Shown here: positions 40,196-52,703 of the stretch, piece after piece
Position numbering within the stretch: position 1 is the first letter of the stretch
Layout of the letters: each line of letters begins with the position of its first letter
NCBI RefSeq assembly: GCF_001949145.1
Contig: NW_019091360.1
Location: 1,361,599 to 1,425,598, forward strand
Length of the DNA: 64,000 bases
Origin: Acanthaster planci
Lineage: Eukaryota
Direction of reading: 5' to 3'
Notes under the pieces: generated by a model
The model's database searches: none
What the model was told of the DNA's origin: nothing
Seen by the model: the letters and a program-made list of their open reading frames with translations, nothing else
Translations under genes and position numbers: made by a program

Positions 40196-40373
40196 CAATA
40201 CAGGCGATTCACAATAGTGCGCCGCCAAGAGTTTGCAACATGTTGGCCAATCATAACGCACAAAATTTGTCGACCCTTTCCAAACGCGCATTGGGTTGAC
40301 AAATTTCGCGCATTGTGATTGGCCAACGCATTACAAACTCTTGGTGGCGCACTATTGTGAAACGGCTGTATTG
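40196..40373. mobile_element. Palindromic (hairpin) MITE
   Basis: TTCACAATAGTGCGCCGCCAAGAGTTTG...CAAACTCTTGGTGGCGCACTATTGTGAA; ~80-bp arms. Confidence 0.85.
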
Positions 40374-40517
40374 TCAAAAAGGCTGTGACAGTGATATTGT
40401 TAGGCACATTTGAGCGTAACTGTATGGAATTTGTGCTTCATAGACAAATTCATTACATTGCTGTAATTAGGTTTCCGGCTATCCCCATACAAAAGTCAAG
40501 GAGACAACTAGTTCTAC

Positions 40518-40663
40518 CTCTTCATTGGAGAAAGCAATGAGATAGGAAAGCTTCTTGGACCAGCCTCGTTCATACAGCAAGGGTTTATCGCAGACATTCT
40601 CACACGGGTCGCAGTGAAGCCAGCGCTGTTGGGAATTAGAGTATACCTCCGTCCATACGTGGT
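40518..40663 (-). CDS. NGLY1: NGLY1 coding exon 7 (catalytic His and Asp)
   Basis: (D)[52 protein letters not shown] acceptor, GAG|GTAGAA donor; 146 nt. Confidence 0.97.
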
Positions 40664-41459
40664 CTAACAGAAAAAAAAATTCTGTAGTAGGCGTGCACAA
40701 GTTGGAAAAAATTGGCTGAGATGCAGTCACCACAAAAAGAGCTGAAAGTCGGAATTTTCAAAAATTGAAATATTGGTGTTTTTGAATTAAGCAGAAAGGG
40801 AGCTTTCCAACTGTATTTACATGGAACACTTCGGCTTAAAGTATGAGGTGACAACGTGACATTATTCTGGCACTGTTTCACCATTTCTGACCAGGCATGA
40901 ATAATGCTATCATCAAAATTGCTGAGAAAATGACATTTTTACATGTATGATCCTACGAAATATTTGGAATTACACAGGAGCAGGTTACTCTTTTCAAATA
41001 TTGAAAAATTGACCTCCACTTCAATATGACCTTAACCCCGCAAAATAGGAAGGAGCAGGATGTGACTTTCCGCTCATTTTGTCGTGACAGGTCACAAATG
41101 TCAATTTTCCTGAGACAGGTACTGGCACATGTAAGCCAACAATGTTGATGTATTCGTGCAAATGGGTTGGCGTGCATGAGGCAATAAACTATAAATGAGT
41201 GAATAGACAACAAAACCGATGAAGGAGTGAATTCAGACTTCGCTAATGTACTTATAATGAATAATCTTACATACACGTGAAGTTTCTAAAGCCTCAAGAC
41301 ATCAGCTGAGACCTTTAAAGGAACTTCTCAGGAATGATCAACAAAATGGTGAGGAATTACATTCAAACATGAACACTGGAAAAACGATCTCGAGTACAAA
41401 CAAAGGGCTTTGAAACGAGCACCCACGAATGATGTGACTTCTGAATGTCCCGCACATAC

Positions 41460-41581
41460 CTGTCCAGTCAACCACGTGCCTAGCCTCAAATCCAGCCGCT
41501 CGGCAGCACAGAGTGAAGCAGTTGGCCCACTCGCCGCAGCGACCTTTCCTGGTCTCCAACAGCTTACCTGGATGGTTGTAC
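41460..41581 (-). CDS. NGLY1: NGLY1 coding exon 6 (catalytic Cys)
   Basis: [43 protein letters not shown] acceptor, G|GTATGT donor; 122 nt. Confidence 0.97.
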
Positions 41582-42241
41582 CTTGGAAAGCACCAAATTG
41601 AATATGAAATTTACCACTGGTGCCAAACTATTTGTGAAATGTCACGACCTTTAGTCTGATGCCTGGCAAATGAATCCTTTGCCGGTACTTTCATCGGATT
41701 GTGAGCTAGGTCTATCCACTTTGCAAGCACTCCAAATGCAACAAATGCCATGCAGGTTTATTTCTCTGGGTTTTCTGGTTTATTTTCCTGCACAAACATC
41801 AACACTTTCAATCTCTGACTGAGCTTGGGGGTCAGGCTTGGGTCATTTGGCAGCTGGCTAAGGTACCAATCCATCCTGCATTCAGCTCAACCATGTAGCT
41901 GCATTCTTTGTAATTCAGCCACAAGGCTGGTTCATACCTCAGGCGAGTGCGCAAGCGAAGGAAATTTCAGGTAACGCTTTCAGAGAAATTCTAAGGTTGA
42001 AATTCTTTTAAAATACTGCAGTCCGACTATTTTGATCCATCATCACAAAATTGTGCTGGAGTTCTCTTTTGCATCAAGCGAGAACCGGCCTTTCCAACCA
42101 CAAGGATGAATGCTATCCTCAATAAACAAAAAACAGAAATATGCCAACCTGCCATTTTCCCCTGAAACAATTAAGACCACTGTAAGTGAAATTTTGAAAA
42201 TTTGAGAAATAAAGATGCTGCTAACTGGAAAAAAGAAATAC

Positions 42242-42476
42242 CTTGGGAAACGACCCGGTCTATTGCACCTGGGGCATGTGTACCCCTCAACCCGGCCCGC
42301 CCCCCAGCGACGGTCATCTGCGTTCGGCTCCACCAGGCCCACGCTCCTCATCCGCACCTGGCACGTCTCGCAGGACAGGCTGTCCATCCACTTGAAGAAG
42401 CTGGTCTTGAACCACTTCAGAAGCTCCAGGAGGAGGTAGTCGCGCTGGTCCAGCGGGCTGGTGAACTCCTCCACTC
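42242..42476 (-). CDS. NGLY1: NGLY1 coding exon 5 (Zn-binding CxxC pairs)
   Basis: CTCCAG acceptor, AG|GTATTT donor; LLLELLKWFKTSFFKWMDSLSCETC...VEGYTCPRCNRPGRFP(R); 235 nt, phase 1/2. Confidence 0.95.
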
Positions 42477-43015
42477 CTGGAGAATTGTGGACACAGGGAC
42501 TGTGAACACTGGGACTCAGATGAAGAGAAAGAGTGGTAAGCACCTTGTGGTTGATCCATTCTACTCAGCAGCCAAAAAAGAGAGGCTACGTACAGGCAGA
42601 AATGATTCAACAAGCAAATTGTTGTAGCCCCTTCCCTCGGTCTCATTACCGTTTAACCATATACTGATTTTTCCCACAAACAAACTTGTCCCAGGCAGTT
42701 TTATTTTTGGTAAAAATACTTGCTTTTAAAGATAAAACCAAAAACCACTGTCCTTTACAAAGATGTACTTTAAAAATCCTGTCCCTTGGTGGTAATTTAC
42801 TCAAAATTTGTGTGAGATTTGTTTCAGTATTGTCACATACATGTATTTTATAGCTCCAAGACAATGTCATGGAGCAATATTTGGAGGGCTTCACATGTGC
42901 CCAACCTCTGGGGACTAGTTCAGGACTGTGTGTGTGTACAAACTCAATGGGAGTCACTCAAGTGTGGGAAGGAACTTATATGACCTTGTGCTGCATGTAT
43001 AATTATTTTTGACAA

Positions 43016-44515
43016 ATATACAGAAAAAGATGATTGATGACTCCCGATGTCATGTTGCTGGTAGCAACGTTTTGGCTGTTGGTCCTGCTAGCCTTCATCA
43101 GGCAACTGAAGTCTGGATGCTGCAGAGTCGGCTATATACCGCTGGACCGCGTCCTCCGCGTGCCCCCGTCGTGTACTGCAGACGTAGTACGGGTGACCTC
43201 AGCAGGCGTCGCATGCTCCACTCCATGGGCGTGAAGGGGCGTGTCCTCGTTGTGGCTCCGTTGTGCTCCAGTGCTGCAGTGATTGTGTTGACGGATGGTG
43301 GGGAGCCAGAACCCAGGGATGTCGATGCCGCTAGCCCTGTTAATGCTGTGTTGGTTGAGGCGGATGTGGATGGCCTCCTTTACGCGTCTGGTCTGGAGAT
43401 ACCGGATAACCACCTTAACAGCCTCAAGCCCAACATTCGGTTCACCATCGAGAACGAGCAGGACAGAAGCATCGCATTCCTGGACACCATGGTCCACAGG
43501 GAACCTGACGGCAGCCTGACAAGCACCGTGTACCGCAAGCCCACTCACGCCGACCAGTATCTGGCTTTTGACTCACACCACCTAGAGTCTGTCAAAAGGG
43601 GTGTGGCCAAGTGCCTCCACGACCGCGCCTCACGCCTAGTCACCAGACCACGCTACACAGCCGCCGAGAGACACCGAGTCACCGCAGCCCGCATGGCGAA
43701 TGGGTACCCAACATCCTTCATCCGGCAGTCATCTAGATCCAAGACCAGCACCGAAGCGGAGCGACTGGAGTACAAGGCCTTCACCGTTCTTCCCTTCATG
43801 GACGGTATCTCCAGACGGCTGAAGAGGATCCTGGAGGACCACCTTGAGGAGCCAACTCGTGCGTCCTGAGGATCCTATCCCACCCGGAAGACGCGGAGTA
43901 GTAGCCTACAGGATACCATGCGGTGACTGCGACAAGGTGTAGGTCGGCGAGACTGGCAGACCCGTCGGCAAGAGAATCGAGGAGCACCAGGGTGACGTGA
44001 GACTCTCCCGTGTAGATTCGTCAGCGGTAGCGGAACACACCAGGGGAGCTGGTCACCACCCTAACTGGGACGGCGTGCAGTGTGTGGACCAGGACCAGCA
44101 TTGGTACACCAGACGCATCAAGGAGGCCATCCACATCCGCCTCAACACAGCATCAACTGGGACAGCGGCATCGATATCCCCGGGTTCTGGTTCCCCACCA
44201 TCCATCAACACAATCACCGCAGCACTGGAGCACAATGGAGCCACAACGAGGACACGCCCCTTCACGCCCATGGAGTGGAGCATGCGACGCCTGCTGAGGT
44301 CACCCGTACTACGTCTGCAGTACACGACGGGGGCACGCGGAGGACGCGGTCCAGCGGTATATAGCGGACTCTGCAGCATCCAGACTTCAGTTGCCTGATG
44401 AAGGCTAGCAGCACCAACAGCCGAAACGCTGCTACCAGCAACATGACATCGGGAGTCATCAATCATCTTTTTCTCTATAACCATCATCTACCGCGGCGAT
44501 TATGTTTATCTCTTC
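43016..44515 (+). mobile_element. 5'-truncated Penelope-like retroelement with inverted pLTR, non-functional
   Basis: RT end HLNSLKPNIRFTIENE..IAFLD..VYRKPTH..YL.FDSHH..NGYP. GIY-YIG YRIPCGDCDKV*VGETGR..EEH..SAVAEH..KEAIHI with a stop and frameshifts. 43016-43392 is inverted at 44107-44479. TSD TATTTTTGACAA at 43004 and 44516. Confidence 0.95.
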
Positions 44516-44657
44516 TATTTTTGACAATTTTATAAGAACAATGAGAGATCATAACTGAAGTCTTTTTCAGACTTAAATAAAAAATCTCTAAAGATATTGA
44601 AAATAATGGTTGATCATCTATAAAGATTGAAACATGGTCAATCACAAGGTCTGGCAC

Positions 44658-44820
44658 CTGTACTGTTCTCAGTCTGCTGCTGTAGTTTCTCCCTGGCTTT
44701 CAGGATGAGATCGGACAGCACCATGCAGTCCCTTGCCTTCTGCTGCAGAGCAGGATCCTCATAGATGAGGACGTGATCAGCGCTGCTCCGAAGCCGCTGA
44801 TGGAAGGCCATCTCTGATGC
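44658..44820 (-). CDS. NGLY1: NGLY1 coding exon 4
   Basis: TTTTCAG acceptor; ASEMAFHQRLRSSADHVLIYEDPALQQKARDCMV... contains the PNGase HVLxYExPALQxKA motif; donor G|GTGCCA (weak); 163 nt. Confidence 0.88.
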
Positions 44821-45016
44821 CTGAAAATTTTCAAGATGATTTCATACTTTGGTGAAGGAAGAGCAATTTTGAAAAATAATCTCTAGTGTAATAAGCCTTG
44901 AATGAATAATGCCAAGATTAACACAGTAAAATAACCAAAACTGACCAACATTCGGATTCATGTTGTCATTTCTGTTCATCCAACAGTGCATTAAGCACCA
45001 AATACATGTATATGAC

Positions 45017-46209
45017 TAGAGCCAATGATTTTTCTCGATCGCGGAAAACAGACGGAATTTGTGGAATCAACACTTTGAAACGGAATTCACTGCTTGAAAC
45101 GGAATTTGCAAAATTTCCCTCTAAGAATGGCTTAAAAAGTGAAGAAAACTTTCTGCAAAGTACTAAAAAATAAATGCCTACTAAACCCATTTCAAATGCT
45201 TGCTGTTAATGAACGAATTACGCTGGAAACATGTTAAATTGCACCACTCCACCACATGATTGGGTCGTCCGCACCACGCCGGTGCCGATACTTGCAAGCG
45301 CTATGGCGTGCGTGAACCCCATGCACGCAGCAGCCGGCACAGCGCAGCGGTGCGGTACATTGTGTATACACATATTGGCCGTTCGCAAGCGTACCGTACA
45401 CATACTAGCAATGAAATCAATGTACAAACAAGTTCTTACTCACACATATGACTATTGCACACGTGGGGGATTTAGTCTGTGAATCCGCATGGACGCCTTG
45501 AGACAAGGCTAGTACGGCATGGCAAAACAATGAAACCGCAGCAGCAAAACAGAAGACTAATTACATGTACTTATTTCTTGAATTAAACGAAACCTAGTAA
45601 CCTTGGTGTACCATGGCTGAATGGGCCCTCGGAAGTGTTCAATAAAGAGTGAAGTTTTGAGTCACAAACGTACATTTTAGGGCTCAGATTTAATGTTAAC
45701 TTTCTGAAGTTTGTTGCAACCCTTCCAAAGAAAATGGCCGGTCGATGTCCAACATTAACATATTGTGATCAACGACTGTTACATGCAAGACCTACTCTGT
45801 GACTTCACTCTACATGTATGTAATCTGATTTCATACACGAGGAGTGGGTCATGAATTGTTCGTTGATTAATCAAAGCAAGTTTTTTGGCAATTGCTCGCT
45901 GGTGGGAAATCAAGGGGTGGGCAGTATTTCTTGTCTGGATTTTTTTTTCTAATTTTCACTACAGAAATTATAAAAAAAGTTGGAAACACTGCAGAATATT
46001 TCCAAACAATATTGTTGTTTTTTTTTCTTTCTTTCTTTTTTTTTGGGGGGGCAATGTGGTTGGGCAAATGGTTTCCATGCATAGTTTAAACTTGCTCTCC
46101 TATTTCATGCTTACGAAGATATGAAACAGAATTTGAATTTCTGAAGCAGAATTCGAGATTTGGAAAAAAGGAAAATACCCATTTTTGAAACGGAAAATCA
46201 TTCTCTCTA
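45017..46209. mobile_element. hAT-like non-autonomous DNA transposon
   Basis: TIRs TAGAGCCAATGATTTT / AAAATCATTCTCTCTA; subterminal CGGAATT repeats; TATATGAC on both sides (2-nt overlap ambiguity on the right). Confidence 0.65.
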
Positions 46210-46239
46210 TATGACGATTATAAATAGTGATGAAGAAGA

Positions 46240-46405
46240 CATGTACAGTTTCCGTGGTGGGGGAAAAAAGCAGAGAAGTGTCCCAGGAAAAACCCATCAA
46301 ATCACATAGAGACTGAAAACCCAATCCACATGACAACCACGGTGGGATTCGAACCAGGGTCGAGAGGTGGGACAAAAAAAGAACCCTATACCAACCTGAC
46401 TCCCC
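46240..46405 (-). mobile_element. tRNA-derived SINE, same family as 16652
   Basis: Reverse complement reads GGGGAGTCAGGTTGG...GGTTCGAATCCC...CATGTGGATTGGGTTTTCAGTC. Confidence 0.8.
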
Positions 46406-46663
46406 AAGTTCTCCTTTTTTCTGGAGTGACAGATAATTGAACTGACAGAGAATAGTATGCAGAATTGCCAGAATCATAAAAGCTGAAAACCGTCAGGGAT
46501 TTTTGGCTCCAACTGGCTATCTTCAGTTCCTTCACTGAATCCACTTTTGAGTCCAAAGAGTCATCTAGCTGTTAAATAGCTACACATTTCACTACTGTAC
46601 ATGTACATGTCCAATACAGCACCTTTGTTAGTGTATCGTAACTTGTACAGTATTACTTCATAC

Positions 46664-46795
46664 CTGAATGTTCCACGTTGACAGGCCTGCGATTTGTTGG
46701 GCCATGAGTCGCAGGCGCTCCCTGGCTAACCGGCCCTGTATCGTGGTTAGGTCATTCAGGGGAGCGTGCTGGGGAAACACCAGGTGGCCGTCATT
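46664..46795 (-). CDS. NGLY1: NGLY1 coding exon 3
   Basis: TTTAG acceptor, CAG|GTATGA donor; 132 nt, phase 0/0, open: NDGHLVFPQHAPLNDLTTIQGRLARERLRLMAQQIAGLSTWNIQ. Confidence 0.82.
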
Positions 46796-47330
46796 CTAAA
46801 GCAAGCAAGAGAAGGATAGACATTATAAGTGAACACGACTGGTGAGGCTAACCCCTTGGGTCCTTTTGGCAAGGCTACAGCCTCAGTCCTCCAAACTCCT
46901 CCATTATCTTTTGAAGGTTTTCCATGGAAGGGAAAGAATTCCACATACGAACGGACGCAGCTTGACACCCTCTGCACAGGCCCCATGAGACTGGTCTGAA
47001 AAGTTCTAAATGTTTAGTATGTGAATACCTCGATTTTTCCTTGCCAAAATTGACTTTTTAGGATGTTACTGCTTTTGGGTGGCTGGCAGGTCACTGCAGC
47101 GTTGAAATATTTGTGGCGTCTATATATGGAATTCGTTCCCTTGGATGGGTCACCACTGCCTCAATCCATCAAATCCTCCAGGAAATTCCTGTTACTAGGT
47201 TGATACAGCGCAACCAAAAAATTTGTTCCACATTCTTTGCACTTCAATGATGCATGTTTCTTCTCAAAATACAATAAACTTAAACACCACCTCCCAAAAT
47301 ACAGATAATTTTTATCCTCCTAATTTATTG

Positions 47331-47550
47331 TCCCAATATACAGTTGTGCATTACTTTACAATAAATTTATTTTCTTTGACCCACAAAGGAGGAAGGCTGT
47401 AGATTTCCTTCACAATAAATAATTACATAACTGCCATTTTTCCCAATATACAGTCATGCATTACTTTACAATAAATTTATTTTCTTTGGTCCACAAAGGA
47501 AAAAGGCTGTAGATTTCCTTCACAATAAATAATTACATAACTACCATCTT
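47331..47550. repeat. 110-bp tandem duplication
   Basis: TCCCAATATACAG...TTACATAACT units start at 47331 and 47441. Confidence 0.9.
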
Positions 47551-47575
47551 CCTAGTCTATGGGTCTGGTTTTCAC

Positions 47576-47690
47576 CTCTTCAAATCCCATAAGGAACAGA
47601 CACTCCACGGCACCAGACACTGGAAGGACACGCTTCTCAAAGATCTTGTTTCCAAGCCGGATGGAGCGGTACTTCTCAACATTTGGATTC
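47576..47690 (-). CDS. NGLY1: NGLY1 coding exon 2 (PUB domain)
   Basis: ACAG|G acceptor; [38 protein letters not shown] is a PUB-domain core; GAG|GTGAAA donor; 115 nt. Confidence 0.93.
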
Positions 47691-49735
47691 CTGTTTCAAA
47701 TAATTAAAAAACTGTCCTAAAATAAGGAGCATTAAAATGAGGCAAATATGCTGGACCATGAGCATAAAACTGCATGGCTTTCAAGACTATGCAACATTAT
47801 GGCATGTACTGGGCCAGGGTTTGAACACACTTGAACAAATCTAAAAAAAAATCCCACATTTTATTTTAAGAAGTTGGATAGCGACAAGGTAACCAGCAGT
47901 GCTATTGAGGCCCTAAGCAAGATCACCGAAGGTATCGACATCATGGAAAAATGGCAAAAACTTATAAAATTAACTGATACGGTAGCTCTGACGGCGGTTG
48001 GACCACTGTCGATGAATATCAACGGAATTATCTCGCCGATGATTCCAACGACGAGAAACGTATTAAGAGAGCGGAAACAAGAGCACAGAGAAAAATGCGA
48101 CAAGGCGCGGAAGGCACAGGGGTCAAGACATTTTTCCCCCGTTACTTCTCTGGTGGGGCCATCTACAATGAAGTTGAACAAGACAAACACAGCAGCTGAC
48201 TGGCCTCAAGGACTGGGCTACATCAGCCAAAACCAGGCGCTTGTTTTGCTTGTGGAAATTTGAGTCGTTGGAGAGCAGAGTGCAGCAAAATGATGACAGA
48301 AGTAATGGGAGGTCGTAAGATAAGCAAAGTACCGATAAAATGTAAAAAAGGAAATTGAAGGGTGCAGAGACAAATTGTAATCACCAGTAGGGTGTTTAAA
48401 AGCCAGGCTAGACGAATGGAAAAGCACAAATGTGTGTAGCAGTGTTCTTATTATTTGGCAGGAGGGATACAAATTCCTGCTATTTACCTTGCCCAAAAAA
48501 GTGGACATAAAAAACAATAGGTCTGCCATAAACCATGTAAACAATCCAGGTTTTGTGGTTTCTGACATGGGAAAGTTGCTTACTAAAAGTTGTATTTTTG
48601 AAGTTGCCGAAAAAACGTATGTTGTCAATCCATTAACTGTGGCTGGAAACAAGGAAAAACCCTGATTGGTTTTGGATCGCCGTCATGTCAACGGTTGTCA
48701 TGTCAATCCACATTTGTACAAAGAAAAGTTCAAATATGAGGGCAGTTAGGTTGTGAGAGATGTTTTTCAAAGAAGAGATAATGCAGTAACATTCAATCTA
48801 ATATAAACCCACATACCACCACATTGAACAACAGAAGAACGCCAACAGTTTCTGGGTTTTGCGTGGGGAAAAGGTATCATGAGGAGATGCACATACATAC
48901 AAGGTCCTCCCATTCGGTATTTCCACAGCTGGTTAGGTTTTTTAATGAGGGCGGTAGTGACGCATTGGAGGAGTACAGGGTACAAGGTAATAATGTTCCA
49001 AGATGACAGAATGGCCGGAAGTGCCAGGCTGGATCTAGCTAAAGAGCATAGCCAGTTAATAAAAAGCACCTTACAAAAGCTGGGTTTCATGATAGCCAAA
49101 GAGAAGTGTGTTTGGAAGCCGAAACAGAAAATCAACTGGCTTGGGTTGGAATGGCATTTCAAGAAGGGTCTCATGCATATAGCAGAAAGGAGAGTACGCA
49201 ATCTCCTGAGTTCAATTGATCAGATTTGTGATACACAAATCCCGTCGCTTGCCTTGGTACCAGTTAGGTACTGTACCTTGCCAGAGTCGTAGGTCAGATT
49301 GTATCCATGCACACGGTGCTTGGGTCGCTGGTTCAGCTCAAAACACAGGCAGCATTCAAATGCATAAACAGCAGAATTTCTTGGAATTCTCAGGTTCTCA
49401 ATTCTCAAGCCAGCTAAATTAGAGTCGTTATTTTGGAGAGATACATGTAATGTACCAGTACAGCAGTTAAATGAGCTTGAGATATCTAAACAGGTTGAAG
49501 TTCATTTGGAAATGTACACGGACTCGTCCAGGTTGGGGTACGGGGTTATGTACTGGATCATGATGGGCTGGAAGTGATAGGCGCTTGGTCAGAAAGTAAA
49601 ATGTGCAAAAGCTCTACTTGGAGAGAGCTTGAAGCCATCTGAAGAATGGCAACAGATATGAAGGACTGCCTGGAAGGGCACAGAGTGCATCTGTATACAG
49701 ACAACCGGAGTGTACATGTAGTGAAAATCATAAAA

Positions 49736-50328
49736 ATAAATAATAATAATAATTACCAAAAATGAGTCACTTGGGAGACATTCCCATAGGAACGTGCACA
49801 AAATTTTTCAAACTTTACCGTCCCATAATTCAATATCCCCTAATCCGATCTTAACCAAACTTTGCATGTTTTCCTTTCAGACCCTAATCTATCATCTCTC
49901 AAAATGACGCCGGTAAAATTTTTCCTCCTTTTGGTAGTTGGAGAATTAGGGAGACATTGAAATGTCTCCCTAATGACCGATGTCTCCCTATTAAATGTTG
50001 AAAAATTTACCACAAAATGTCTCCCAAGTGACCTATTTGGAAATATAATTGACAGTTATAAAGTGCCCAATCCATCAAGCTGCTCCCAGGTGCTGTACAT
50101 CAAAATATAAATAAATAGATAAAACCTACATGTACCATAATTAATATCAATACTAAGAAACTAGAAGTGCTTGTTTAAAAAGATGCGTCTTCAGCACGGT
50201 CTTAAAACTCTCCACATTCCTAGAATCTCTAAGATGAACTTCAAGCTGGTTCCAGAGATGGGGACCAGCCACAGAAAACATCCTCTCGCCAGTAGAAGAC
50301 AAGGCTTGGAAGAGTAAGCCTAGACGAG
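49736..50328 (-). mobile_element. 3' end of an L2/CR1-group LINE inserted in the DIRS element
   Basis: GERMFSVAGPHLWNQL...FKTVLKTHLF*, then TGTACAGCACCT...GCACTTTATAA and an (ATT)n tail. Confidence 0.85.
49751..50046. mobile_element. MITE inserted in the L2 tail
   Basis: GTCACTTGGGAGACATT inverted as AATGTCTCCCAAGTGAC; internal GGGAGACA/TGTCTCCC repeats. Confidence 0.8.
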
Positions 50329-52703
50329 TAAACAGGTAGTAATAACCCAGAAATGCATCAGAAGGCATCACAGGTTAGGGGGATATGTTCTAAAGCTGAG
50401 GCAAAGATAGATCCTGTTTGGAGACCAAGAAGAGAGAATAAATGAGCCGACAAGCTGAGTCAGTTGGTGGATAGTGACGATTGGCAGATCGATCAAGAGA
50501 CTTTTGCCAGGTTGGACAGACAGTGGGGCCCCTATTCCTGCTATAGATTTGCATGTGGGTACAACGCCAAGTGTAAAAAAATCAACTCCAGCAGATGGTG
50601 CCCAGGTACTCCTAGTACAGATGCTTTCAGTCAGAAATGGACCACAGACACAAACTGGTGGGTACCGGTGGGTATCTCTGGCAAGTCTGGATATATTTTC
50701 ATGTTTGTTGCATGCAAAAGACATTCAATTGATTTGCATCTTTTTAGTACTAGATATACAACAAGCAGAGCATCAAGCCCTAGAGGAGACACTAGTCACG
50801 TCCATGAAGTTGCTTGGACTGGTGGATACTACTGTATGTCAGGTCAACTAGCAGCATTGGGAAGCGAAGCTACTTCAGTCAAGTATTTAAGGTCATTCAA
50901 GAAATGGCAGAAATTCATCGAGACAGAAGGTGGCAATGCAATTCCAGCACAACCCATACATGAAGAGTTATAGATTTCAAGCTTAATTCAAAAAGGAGTT
51001 TCTACTAGCGTTAGTGAAACTGCCTTTTACGCTATTACATGGGCGCACAATGTAAGGGGCGTAAGTGACCCGACAGTTAAGCTGTTCGTACAGAATTTAC
51101 TAGAGATGTCTAACAGAGCCTGTTCAAAACCAATAAGAAAAAAAGAGAAATGGTTACAGCGGAACACATAGTAACACCGTCTGATAAATATGAAGGATCA
51201 GACGATTTACTTGAGTTAAGAGATCTTGCTATCATTGTTCTGGGATTTGCGGGTTTTCTTCGGTTCAAGGAAATCCGTTGCTTGCAGGCAAAGACGTTTA
51301 ATTTTTTAATTTCATGAAAAATTGTTGACTCTGTTCTTTTAAAGTAAAAGTAAGAATGATCAGTACAGAAAGGGGAAAACAGTCATGACTGCCAAAGGGA
51401 TAACACCGTATGTCTGATGAAAATTGCCAATAACTATTTGTCTAGGGCATGTGCACCATTACGCTCGGGACAATACATTTTCCATCCAGCAAAGGCAAGA
51501 ATCTAATCAAGAGGACCAAGAAGTATAATTATACGAGACCCAGAGAAACAGTTTTGAACCGATTGAGGGAGGTTTGCAGTCATGTGAATATTGGGTTACA
51601 CTCCTTGAGGGCAGGTGGTGCCACAGCAGCCACAAGGGCCTCAGTAAATGAACAGCTGTGGAAGCGGCATAGAAGGTGGCGTAGTGACATAGCCAAAGAC
51701 TGATATGTGGACGATAGTCTAGAGCACAGGCTCTCTGTAACGCAAGCACTGACACTGTAGAATAATCACTAACCATGGTGGTCCAGTATAGTAGTTTCTA
51801 TTGGAGATAATAGTTCCTTTGAAGGAGTACCGATAGCAGTTTTTATAACAGGCACAAATCGCAGACAGCGGGCACACATTATGCACACTACACAAGTCAT
51901 GTATTCATGTTTTAATGATATGAGTATGCATCATAGAATTCAGCTTTTCTCCCTGTCTCAAGACTTGACATAGATCTGCCAATCATTTTAAAACTCTGTA
52001 ATTTTTTTGGAAAATGTTTGTTGAACAGGGTACAGTTAACCGTTACAGGAGGCTCGCTTTCCAGACAACCTAACTTGGAATAAAAATATAACGGTCAATC
52101 ACTGCTGGGTTTTACAGAAATTGAGATTAGCTTTTCAAATATTCAATATACTGTTGGCTCGCTCCTTGGTGTCTATGCTGCAGGCAAGCTATATCCTATG
52201 TAAATGTGTATAGAGACGTATTTATCATTGATGTTTCGGAGGGAGTGTTAATAGAGTAGACAGTGGTTGGCAATGAGTTTGGAATTTTTTCCCAATTTCT
52301 TCAAAGTTAATCTATTATGGTAAATCATTATTACCTCTACTAACATCCAAATACAAATTTGTGACAAAAGTTCTTTTCTTATTGTACGGGTAGGGTGCAT
52401 TTCAAAAGTTAACAGGGCCTAGGCCTAATTTTGCAATTTGGAAAAAACTGGAAAATCAGGCCAAAATAAAAATTTCCTGAAAACTTTGTAGTGGGTACAT
52501 TAACTCAAGATTTATGTACTGGGATACTGGGAGCCTCACGAAATTTTATTTTCTGTAAAATATGAGGAAAAGGTAAATTGCTTCAGGATGTTGCGCACTT
52601 TGAATTTTTAACCTAACATCTGTACCAGTGTACATACTGGGAAACTAGACTAAAACTACAAAGTGCGCACCATCCTAGGCCACGCCACTACTCACTAACG
52701 TTA

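Larger units (their letters stand above)
47860..52260 (+). mobile_element. Decayed DIRS-group tyrosine-recombinase retrotransposon (gag, RT, RNase H, methyltransferase-like, YR); ends approximate
   Basis: gag: QKLIKLTD, GWTTVDEY, LADDSNDEKRIKRAE, knuckle CFACGNLSRWRAEC. RT: NNRSA, YVVNPLTVA, MFQDD. RNase H: YTDSS, STWRELEAI, YTDN, ADKLS. MT-like: DDWQI..WGP..DAFSQKW. YR: GFAGFLRFKE, GLHSLRAGGAT. Many stops and frameshifts. Confidence 0.93.

Noticed and set aside
43009..43405. N-terminal half of the 286-aa ORF and mirror ORFs at 43034, 44053 and 44262
   Set aside because: Antisense read-through of the inverted pLTR; only 43408 onward is RT.
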